Source of the DNA: an uncultured virus (IMG/VR IMGVR_UViG_3300017643_000041)
Taxonomy: Duplodnaviria > Heunggongvirae > Uroviricota > Caudoviricetes
Virus record (IMG/VR): IMGVR_UViG_3300017643_000041
DNA: 36,445 nt
Strand: one strand, 5' to 3'
Below are positions 17,882 through 25,955 of this stretch, one piece after another. Under the pieces are notes generated by a model. That model ran no database searches, was not told where the DNA came from, and was given only the letters and a program-made list of their open reading frames with translations. Numbering within the stretch: the first letter of the stretch is position 1; each line of letters opens with the position of its first letter. The position numbers and the translations under genes were made by a program.

Positions 17882-20858
17882 GACTATGACTATCTTTGTT
17901 AGGGCAAATATTGAGAACCTAAGCAAGAATTTAGCTCAAGTAGAAAAGAACATGAATACGGTCTTTGGTAAAAATACCATGCAGCTATCTAAAAAGTTTG
18001 CATTAGGCATAGGGGCAGCAGCTGCTGCTCTCGGTGCTTTTAGTGCTGCCTGTATCAGTGCTGCAGATAAAGAGCAGGAAACTATCCGTATGTATACCAG
18101 CCTTATTGGCAGTGCGAAAGAAGCTAAAGCTCTCATGGCGGACTTATCTAATTGGGGTACCAATGTACCTTTTAATATGGATGAGATGGAAAACACAGCT
18201 AAGAAGCTCCTAGCTACAGGCGTAGCAGCTCAAGACCTCATTCCTATTCTAGATAATCTAGGTAATGCAGCTGCTATGACCGGTAGTGGGCAAGCTGGAA
18301 TAGACGCTATGACGGACGCTATTAGCCGTATGAGCATGACCGGCACTGCCACCTCTAAGGATATGAAGCTCTTAATTAATAACCAAGTGGATGCCTATGG
18401 GTATTTAGCTAAATACCTAAATACGGACGTTGCCACAGCTATGGACATGGTGAAGAATAAGAGCGTGGATAGCGGTACTGTGATAAACGCTTTAATGCAA
18501 GGTATGCAAAAGGACTTCAAGGGCGGTATGGATAACATGGAAAAGTCCATCTCCGGTATGCTAGGTACTATTAAGTACAACCTTGGTGAGGCGATGGAGG
18601 ATATCGGTGGAGCTCTCATGGATAGCTTTGGTATTACTGACATCATGGCAAAAGCCACCGAAGCAGTGCGCAAATTCACTGTAGCCATTAAAACCTATGG
18701 CGTCAGAGAAACATTAGAGAATTTCGTACCGCCTTGGCTGGAAGGGACTATTTTAGCTATTGCAGCTGCTATGCTAGGCGCAGCAGTTCCGTCCATTTTA
18801 GCTATGGCAGCTTCCTTAGCCTCGGCAGTCGTAGCAGCCTTGCCCTTTATTGCTGTGGCAGCTGCCTTAGCTGTGGTAGCTTTTGTGGTATATAAAGCGT
18901 GGGAGCCGCTAGGAGATTTATTTAGTAATGTGTGGAGCTATATTGTTAGCTCCTGCACGAAAGCCTGCAACAGCGTTTTAAATACCTTGTATGGCTTTGT
19001 GCAAAAGGCTATTAATTATTTAAGACCGGTCTTTGATTTATTTGGTATGGATGCTGCTGCAGATAGATGGTCTGCTGCCGTAAGTAAGAAGCTACAAGTA
19101 ACTTCAGAAAATATCGTCACAGCAAACGAAAAGCAAAAAGCAGCTAGTAGCGGTATGGATATGTCCGTAGATGCTATTATGGCAAAATTAAAGGGGAGCG
19201 GTAAGACTATCTTTGATGTGCCGGATATACTGGCAGATACCAAATGGCAGGGGTGGCATGGAAAGACTGTAGAAGGTAGCAGTGGTGCCAGTGGTACGGA
19301 TAAGAAGATAAATTCCATAGATAAGAACACGGCAGCTATTGCTAAAAGCACTACCAGTGGCAAGATAGCGGTAGACAAAATGCGTGCTCTCCAAGGTAAG
19401 ATTGCTTTTTACGCAGCAGATGGTACGAATTGTATGCGTACTATTGGTATGGCTTTAGAAGGTACGCCTTTTGAAGGTGTTATCAATGTAGATACTGCCT
19501 ACGAGATTGCGAAAAAAGAAGGCCTTGATAGAGGGACAGATTATACACCTAAAGCTGGGGATACTATTCTAGTGGGTGGCTATGATAAATATGGCAATTG
19601 GGACCCACGTATGCACGCTGCTATGGTCACAGAAAATAATGGCGTTATCCAAAATGGGAAAAGCCATAACGGGGTATATGAATCTGGCCTTACTCCTCAG
19701 CAGATGTTTGGGGACGATATTACTGGCTATATTGCGACAAGTCAGCTTTTCGGAGATAGCTATGATGCCGTAGGGAAAAAGAGTGCTAAGAGCTTAGTAC
19801 AACAAGCTGCAGAATGGGCAGAAAAGTTAAATGCCATCAAGGATAAGGCTAAAGAAATAGCTACAGAAGTAAATAATCGGCTAGAGCTTGTAGGCCTTAA
19901 AGGCGTAAGGCGAGATTTGATAGAAGTAAACCAAGAAGCTAAAAAGAACATAAGCGACATGGAAAACCGCTATAGGGATATGTCCTTAGAGTTTCAAAAG
20001 GCAGATGCTCTAGAACAAGAGGCTATGAAGCAAGCCTGGAAGGATGCCGGTATTGCTTTTGAAGAACTTGAGAATAAGAAAGTAGCCTTTGCTGCGCAGA
20101 CTGCCAAGGAGCGTCAGCTCATAGAAGCTGAAACACAGCAGAAGATTAAAGACTTAAATTATGAGCGTCAAAAGTTTATAGATGATTTGGATGAAGCTAA
20201 AAAAGATGGGGACTTCACTCGTGCCTATGACCTTTTAAATACAGAAGAAGCTTTAAATGACCTACGTCTAGAAAATGCTAAGAACTTTGTGGATGGCTAT
20301 ATAAGTGTATGGAAAACTGCTCATACTGGCTATATAGATGCCCTAAAGAATTCTATTGGTGAAGTAAATAGTTCCTTTGAGAGCTTTTTCCAAAGTGTAT
20401 TGTCCGGTAAGAAGAACCTGGGCGATGCCTTTGTAGATTTACTTTCTAGCTTTGTCAGTATGGTGCAGGAGATGGTAGCTCGTTGGGCAGCAGCAGAGCT
20501 TACGGAGAAAATCTTCGGTGGCTTTAGGAAAAAGGATAATACTTCTAGTGGTGGCGGTGGTAGCTTTTTAGGCAATCTAGGCGGCGCTATTGTAAGCTCC
20601 CTCTTTAGCATTCCAGGTAAAGCCAGCGGTGGTGTTGCAAGTGGTTTAACCTTGGTGGGTGAATATGGGCCTGAGTTAGTCCGCTTTAATAGTCCGTCTA
20701 GGGTATTTAATAATAGAGATACCAGAGCACTTTTAGGTGGCGGCGGAAACGTTAATATGTATGTGAATACTCCGGACGCAGAAAGCTTTAAACAGTCTAG
20801 AGCACAAATAACCTCTGGCCTTGCTGCCATGGTAGCTAGGGGAAGGAGAAACAGTTAA
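17871..20858 (+). CDS. Tape measure protein with internal NlpC/P60-CHAP-like domain
   Basis: Long Ala-rich helical ORF with TMP N-domain and hydrophobic segment; C-terminal LVGEYGPEL and TPDAESFKQS motifs; GTG start after GGAGGTG. Confidence 0.92.
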   Translation: MDAKTMTIFVRANIENLSKNLAQVEKNMNTVFGKNTMQLSKKFALGIGAAAAALGAFSAACISAADKEQETIRMYTSLIGSAKEAKALMADLSNWGTNVPFNMDEMENTAKKLLATGVAAQDLIPILDNLGNAAAMTGSGQAGIDAMTDAISRMSMTGTATSKDMKLLINNQVDAYGYLAKYLNTDVATAMDMVKNKSVDSGTVINALMQGMQKDFKGGMDNMEKSISGMLGTIKYNLGEAMEDIGGALMDSFGITDIMAKATEAVRKFTVAIKTYGVRETLENFVPPWLEGTILAIAAAMLGAAVPSILAMAASLASAVVAALPFIAVAAALAVVAFVVYKAWEPLGDLFSNVWSYIVSSCTKACNSVLNTLYGFVQKAINYLRPVFDLFGMDAAADRWSAAVSKKLQVTSENIVTANEKQKAASSGMDMSVDAIMAKLKGSGKTIFDVPDILADTKWQGWHGKTVEGSSGASGTDKKINSIDKNTAAIAKSTTSGKIAVDKMRALQGKIAFYAADGTNCMRTIGMALEGTPFEGVINVDTAYEIAKKEGLDRGTDYTPKAGDTILVGGYDKYGNWDPRMHAAMVTENNGVIQNGKSHNGVYESGLTPQQMFGDDITGYIATSQLFGDSYDAVGKKSAKSLVQQAAEWAEKLNAIKDKAKEIATEVNNRLELVGLKGVRRDLIEVNQEAKKNISDMENRYRDMSLEFQKADALEQEAMKQAWKDAGIAFEELENKKVAFAAQTAKERQLIEAETQQKIKDLNYERQKFIDDLDEAKKDGDFTRAYDLLNTEEALNDLRLENAKNFVDGYISVWKTAHTGYIDALKNSIGEVNSSFESFFQSVLSGKKNLGDAFVDLLSSFVSMVQEMVARWAAAELTEKIFGGFRKKDNTSSGGGGSFLGNLGGAIVSSLFSIPGKASGGVASGLTLVGEYGPELVRFNSPSRVFNNRDTRALLGGGGNVNMYVNTPDAESFKQSRAQITSGLAAMVARGRRNS

Positions 20859-21532
20859 TGAGTTCATTATTTCATGAAGTAAGATTTCCATTAACAGTAG
20901 GGGCTGGGTCCACTTTTGGACCTAGCTATTCTACGGATATTGTTACTATGCCTAATGGGGCAGAGCAAAGAAACGTGAATTGGAGCTACCCAAGATGTTC
21001 AGGTAGCGTATCTATGCCTGTCAGAGAAGAGGAAGATTTTTATAAGCTTTTGACCTTTTTTCACAATCGCTGCGGTCGTGCCTATGGTTTTCGCTTTTAT
21101 GATTACTTTGATCATGTTGGGAACAGGGAATATTTAGGCAGGGGTGATGGTGGCATTAAAACCTTCCAACTGCGTAAATATTACATTGATGAAGAGCTGT
21201 GGATTGCTAAAGAACGGAAGATAGTAAAGCCTATAGAAGGTAGTTTGCATATCTACTTCATACCTATTGACGAGAAGGAGGACTTCTCTTGGCAGAAGGC
21301 TGTGGAGATAAAGCAAAATAAAGAAGGCGATGAACAGCTCTTTAATTGGAGCTGTGATTATAGCGCAGGTCTTATTACCTTTAATGTAGCTCCTGCTGTC
21401 AATACGCTAGTCGTAGCATCATTTAACTTTGATGTTCCGGTACGTTTTGACACCGACTCCATGACGGCTAATTGGGAATTAGTCCAAGCAGCAGGCTGGA
21501 CAGACGTGCCCTTGATAGAATTGAAGTTATGA
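20858..21532 (+). CDS. DUF2460 distal tail protein (GTA g12-like)
   Basis: FHEVRFP...GP.YSTDIV...G.EQRN.NW...GFRF.D..D...FDVPVRFDTD signature. Confidence 0.9.
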   Translation: MSSLFHEVRFPLTVGAGSTFGPSYSTDIVTMPNGAEQRNVNWSYPRCSGSVSMPVREEEDFYKLLTFFHNRCGRAYGFRFYDYFDHVGNREYLGRGDGGIKTFQLRKYYIDEELWIAKERKIVKPIEGSLHIYFIPIDEKEDFSWQKAVEIKQNKEGDEQLFNWSCDYSAGLITFNVAPAVNTLVVASFNFDVPVRFDTDSMTANWELVQAAGWTDVPLIELKL

Positions 21533-21561
21533 GTATTGTAAAACAGCTAAACGAAAATACA

Positions 21562-21590
21562 TTGCTGTAAATCATCTAAAAGCTTATAAT
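21562..21590 (+). promoter_or_regulatory. Sigma-70-type moron promoter
   Basis: TTGCTG-17 bp-TATAAT. Confidence 0.7.
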
Positions 21591-21620
21591 AAAAAAAGAG
21601 AGCTTTATGGGGGTGATTGT

Positions 21621-22928
21621 ATGAATACACTTAGTTTTAGACTAGATAGATTTGAATTTGGTGCTGATTCAAAACCAACCTTTGTTACGAGGATATTTAT
21701 TGATGGTAAAGATTTTCTTGATATGATTGTTGATTACGAAAAGGAGTTTCTAGCAATTGGTAATGAAAAGGGTGCAGAAGGTGGTTTTGTACCTATTTAT
21801 ATTAGTGAGCTATATAACAATTTAACAAAGCATTGTTATAATCCCGTATTTGACTGGGAGGCTAATATTTTTGGCTGCGTTTGTGGTGTCACAGAATGTG
21901 AACCATTTACTATACGTGTTGATGAGGGGAGACGTGTTGTAGTTTGGTACGACTTTAGCAGGGCGTTTCGAGGAGATTGGACATATAGAAATTTAGGACC
22001 ATATGTTTTTGAAAAAGAACAATATGATGATGCTATAGCGAGGTTAAAAGTATGGATGGATAATGATGACCTTGCTATGGAAGAATACTGTTTCCAAATG
22101 GTTATTGATATTGCTGATAAAATCGTTAACTTTCTAAAAAAATTGCCGCGCGATCCCAAAGTAAGCTTACCTGGTTCTTTTTGGACATCGATGGTTTATT
22201 TCTTTCAAGATGAAGATGAAGTTTATTGGGATAGGTATGATGATATTCTAGACGGTCAATTTTATAATATCTATTTTCCTTCAGAGGATATTGATAAAGA
22301 TATGCTGGAACGGTATTTTGATGCACTGGACTCAGATGAATTTAAGCCCATTGATAAAGTGAAAAATGCCGTAAAAAGACGAATTTATAACATGGCTGAA
22401 AATGAAGAATTACCAATTGAAGAGGATGAACTAGAAGATGAAAACGAAAATGATGAGGACAGTAATGAGTATGCCCACTGGGACGAAGATGACGAGGACC
22501 GTAATGATGATTTGGAGGACCAGATAAAACCTGAATTGGTAAAAGAAGAATGTTTAAGAAGACTCAAATTAATAGTTCTGGATGAAACATGTATTAGCGA
22601 ATTTGATAAATATGATACAGTTATGATAAGTGAGCCGCCTAAAGGTGCTTTATATGGACTAGAAACAGAGGATAAGGAAAACATCGCAAAACTAGAGGGC
22701 ATTAATCATTGCAAGGTATATTTGATTGTGAGATCATTTACTAACTTAGGAACGATGGATTCTTTCTTGTTTGTAAATAACAGACAATCTGAATGGGAGC
22801 ATCTAAAAGAACAATTAAAAGAAGGTTATGCACAGGCTTATGTCATAAATCATGATATATATGGTGTGGACTACGGGACTATTGGTTTACAAATGGCAAG
22901 TGGAGGTGCTCCAATAAGAAAGTTTTAG
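21621..22928 (+). CDS. Moron: acidic multidomain hypothetical protein
   Basis: 435-aa AT-rich ORF with its own promoter, RBS and terminator, interrupting the tail operon. Confidence 0.85.
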   Translation: MNTLSFRLDRFEFGADSKPTFVTRIFIDGKDFLDMIVDYEKEFLAIGNEKGAEGGFVPIYISELYNNLTKHCYNPVFDWEANIFGCVCGVTECEPFTIRVDEGRRVVVWYDFSRAFRGDWTYRNLGPYVFEKEQYDDAIARLKVWMDNDDLAMEEYCFQMVIDIADKIVNFLKKLPRDPKVSLPGSFWTSMVYFFQDEDEVYWDRYDDILDGQFYNIYFPSEDIDKDMLERYFDALDSDEFKPIDKVKNAVKRRIYNMAENEELPIEEDELEDENENDEDSNEYAHWDEDDEDRNDDLEDQIKPELVKEECLRRLKLIVLDETCISEFDKYDTVMISEPPKGALYGLETEDKENIAKLEGINHCKVYLIVRSFTNLGTMDSFLFVNNRQSEWEHLKEQLKEGYAQAYVINHDIYGVDYGTIGLQMASGGAPIRKF

Positions 22929-22936
22929 CTTTTTTT

Positions 22937-22972
22937 AAGCATTATCACATTAAATTGTGGTAGTGCTTTTTT
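22937..22972 (+). terminator. Intrinsic terminator after the moron
   Basis: AAGCATTATCACA / TGTGGTAGTGCTT stem (G-U pairs) plus T tract. Confidence 0.75.
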
Positions 22973-22994
22973 ATTGCCAGAAAAAGGAGGAGCT

Positions 22995-23357
22995 ATGAGT
23001 GTATTAAGTATTTATGGTGGTGATGTTACGGCAGGAGATGCAGATGGTGACCTAATTACCAATGAGCGTAAGCTGGCCTTAAAAGGACTGCGTGGTAATC
23101 CAGTCACCAAAACATATGCCCTAAGAACCTTGGGTACTTCTACTCCTGCCTTAGTTGTGAAGATGGACATTATAGGACCACAGAAGGAATGGTTTAGCAT
23201 TTCCCTGGACGGGAGCAAATGGGGCAATCATTTAGACGTGGCCTATATTAAAGGGGAGAATGTTTTATTCTTTATTAAATGCAATGTACCAGAAGACGCT
23301 GATTATGGTAATAACCTAGCTAACTTCTTGGTACTGGATTATTTTGGAGGTGTGTAA
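22995..23357 (+). CDS. Putative tail accessory protein (GxxDG family, copy 1)
   Basis: AAGGAGG RBS; SIYGGDVTAGDADGDLI and YALRT motifs. Confidence 0.75.
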   Translation: MSVLSIYGGDVTAGDADGDLITNERKLALKGLRGNPVTKTYALRTLGTSTPALVVKMDIIGPQKEWFSISLDGSKWGNHLDVAYIKGENVLFFIKCNVPEDADYGNNLANFLVLDYFGGV

Positions 23358-23358
23358 T

Positions 23359-23808
23359 TTGGGACTGCATTTTATTATAAATGGCAAAGAGGGCGCACAA
23401 GATGGAGAGGAGCTTAGTCAAGGTGACTTTACTAACCCTCTACTTTTTGATGGTTTTTATCCTGCCGCAGGTGTAACTCTCTATAAAGGAAAAACCATAT
23501 TTTTACGAGCGGATGAAGGTGAAGAGTACTATCTAGTGCAGGTGGAAATCAGAGGTGCTAATGCGCGTAAGTTTTACGTGGCTAATGGGGTAGGTTCAAA
23601 CTATGGTATGGACTATTATGGCAGCTCTGTCAATGATTCTATTAACTACGGTGGAATTTATTACTATCGTGATGGATTGCTCTTAGGTAAGGTAGGAGAT
23701 ACCAATACGCCTATTAAAATATTAGCTTTGGTCAATGGTAATGAGGATGATAGTCCTGACCTTACCACAAAAATTTATGCAAGGAGCTGTTACAATGGCG
23801 CATCTTAA
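23359..23808 (+). CDS. Putative tail accessory protein (GxxDG family, copy 2)
   Basis: TTG start after GGAGG; INGKEGAQDGEEL and IFLRADEG motifs. Confidence 0.72.
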   Translation: MGLHFIINGKEGAQDGEELSQGDFTNPLLFDGFYPAAGVTLYKGKTIFLRADEGEEYYLVQVEIRGANARKFYVANGVGSNYGMDYYGSSVNDSINYGGIYYYRDGLLLGKVGDTNTPIKILALVNGNEDDSPDLTTKIYARSCYNGAS

Positions 23809-24241
23809 AGTTTATTTAAAAGGAACTCCTGGAGCTGCAGATGGTGAGGAGTGGACGGACGATACCACCATTAAGGGCATTATGACTAATACTCAAGCCA
23901 GTAGTAGAGGTCATGGTTGTGCTTTTTTGCCGATTTGTTTACGCTGCGAAGAAGGCTTTAAAGCTAGTAATGTAAAGCTAGTAGGCGTGAATAAGACCTA
24001 CTATGTAATGTTCTATAGCGGTTATAATGATTCTGATCAATATTTTAGAACCTTAGAGCGGTTTAAAAAAGTGATGGCTAGCTGTAGTAAGAATGTTAAT
24101 TCTCTCTATTCTTCTGCTACAGGAATTGATGTAGGCACGACCAATGTGCTGATCGTACTTGCCGTTATGGGAAATATTGACGATAGTACTTCTTTAACAG
24201 ATTTAATCTCTATTTCGTATATTGAGGATGCGGTAGCATGA
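23795..24241 (+). CDS. Putative tail accessory protein (GxxDG family, copy 3)
   Basis: AAGGAG RBS; VYLKGTPGAADGEEW and ICLRCEEG motifs. Confidence 0.72.
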   Translation: MAHLKVYLKGTPGAADGEEWTDDTTIKGIMTNTQASSRGHGCAFLPICLRCEEGFKASNVKLVGVNKTYYVMFYSGYNDSDQYFRTLERFKKVMASCSKNVNSLYSSATGIDVGTTNVLIVLAVMGNIDDSTSLTDLISISYIEDAVA

Positions 24242-25527
24242 ATGAAGTAATTGTTTTAAAAGCTAAAAGGCAGATAAATGTGGTTGCGGACAACGAAATA
24301 ACGGGTGACGTTAAGCGTGTCTATAGCTCCGTTCCACTCATGCTAAAAGCAAAAAGAGCCATAAACATTCCAAGTGATGGTGAAATAACTGGTGATGTGG
24401 AGCGCAGCTATGAGCCTGGAGGATTTACGCTTAAAGCTAAACGTGCTATTAATACTCCTGCTGATAGGGGAATAAAAGCTGATGTGGAGCGTATCTGGAC
24501 AACAGGCGGTATTCGCATTAAAGGTAAACGGCTCATCAATGTTCCTGCTGATAACGAAATACAGGGCGATTTTATTCGTATCGCCTTTGTAACTTTAGAC
24601 CATATGTCGGAGCGACATAATATTCTTTTAACGGTAGAGCAGCCCTATGGCATACCTTGGATGCAAAGCGAAATCGTCCATAGCGCTTGGTGCTGGAAAC
24701 TTACACGCACGGATGGTGTGGTATTGGGCTTTACTTCTCATGATCAGGATATTATCTATAACGGAGTAACCTATAAAGCAGCTACTGGTTTTGCCCCATC
24801 GGCGGTTTCTACTTCCGGAGACATGGCCGTAGATAATCTTGATGCGGAAGGAATGCTTCGAGGGGACTCTATTACTGCAGAAGATTTACGCAAGGGGCTT
24901 TATACCAATGCTGCTATTGAGGTATTTCTCATCAATTACCAAAATATTAAAGACGAAGTATTCCTCATGCGTAAAGGGACTTTAGGAGAAGTGACCTATG
25001 GCAAGAACGGCTTTAAGGCGGAAATACGTGGCCTTATGGAAGCCTACCAACAACAAACTGGCAAGGTGTATCAAAAGAGCTGCCGGACGAATTTAGGCAG
25101 TCGTGAATGTGGTATGTATCTACCAAATCTTACTTTTAGTGGCTATGTGAAAGGTATCCAAGAAGATGGTAGTTTTGTGATAGATGTAAAGCAGGCTGAG
25201 GACTATTTCTCCTACGGGATTATTACTTTTACCTCTGGAAAGAACGCTGGTAGCCAAATGGAGATAAAGAAGTACCATGCCAATGGTAGGACGGAGCTAT
25301 TTTTGCCTTTAGGTGAACCAGTGGGTCTAGGTGATACTTTTACTATTGTGGCCGGCTGTGATGGGAATGCTACTACTTGTAGAAATAGATTTCATAATCT
25401 GGTGAATTTCAGAGGCGAGCCTTATATCATCGGGAATTCTTATTCAGCTAGTTATCCGGTCAGCTCCTCTAACAATATAGTCAGCGAAGGTGAAGATGTG
25501 AGAGTAGGTGCATATAAATGGGAATAA
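24238..25527 (+). CDS. DUF2163/BR0599 baseplate hub protein (GTA g13-like) with N-terminal 29-aa repeats
   Basis: CWKLTRTDGVVLGFTSHD, CRTNLG..EC and AGCD....TC..RF.NLVNFRGEP motifs. Confidence 0.9.
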   Translation: MNEVIVLKAKRQINVVADNEITGDVKRVYSSVPLMLKAKRAINIPSDGEITGDVERSYEPGGFTLKAKRAINTPADRGIKADVERIWTTGGIRIKGKRLINVPADNEIQGDFIRIAFVTLDHMSERHNILLTVEQPYGIPWMQSEIVHSAWCWKLTRTDGVVLGFTSHDQDIIYNGVTYKAATGFAPSAVSTSGDMAVDNLDAEGMLRGDSITAEDLRKGLYTNAAIEVFLINYQNIKDEVFLMRKGTLGEVTYGKNGFKAEIRGLMEAYQQQTGKVYQKSCRTNLGSRECGMYLPNLTFSGYVKGIQEDGSFVIDVKQAEDYFSYGIITFTSGKNAGSQMEIKKYHANGRTELFLPLGEPVGLGDTFTIVAGCDGNATTCRNRFHNLVNFRGEPYIIGNSYSASYPVSSSNNIVSEGEDVRVGAYKWE

Positions 25528-25955
25528 CACGAAATGAAATAGTGGTAGAGGCTCAAGGATGGGTTGGTACTAAATGGCAACATCAGCAAGCCAAGAAGGG
25601 TGTAGCTTGTGATTGCGCAGGTCTTGCCAGAGGTGTTTATGCTGAAGTATCTGGTACGCATGTGGAAGTCATGGATTATCCACAAAGCTGGCATTTGTTT
25701 AAGAAGGAAGAGCGACTTTACGAAACATGCCAAGAACTTATGGATGAAGTAGCTCTTACCAGCATTAAACCTGGAGATGTTTTGCTCTTTGCTTTTAGAC
25801 CGAGGTTTGTTAGTCACCATCTTGGCATCTACATTGGTCGCAATTTGTTTATTCATAGCGATATGGATGCAGGAAAGGTGATAGTAAGTCGTTTGGACAG
25901 CTTTTGGAAAGGTAGATTGCGCAGTGCTTTTAAGTTTCGGGAGGTGGTGGACTAA
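25518..25955 (+). CDS. NlpC/P60 tail peptidase (GTA g14-like)
   Basis: WVGTKWQHQ..KKGVACDCAGL, PGDVLLF, HLGI and FIHS motifs. Confidence 0.92.
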   Translation: MGITRNEIVVEAQGWVGTKWQHQQAKKGVACDCAGLARGVYAEVSGTHVEVMDYPQSWHLFKKEERLYETCQELMDEVALTSIKPGDVLLFAFRPRFVSHHLGIYIGRNLFIHSDMDAGKVIVSRLDSFWKGRLRSAFKFREVVD

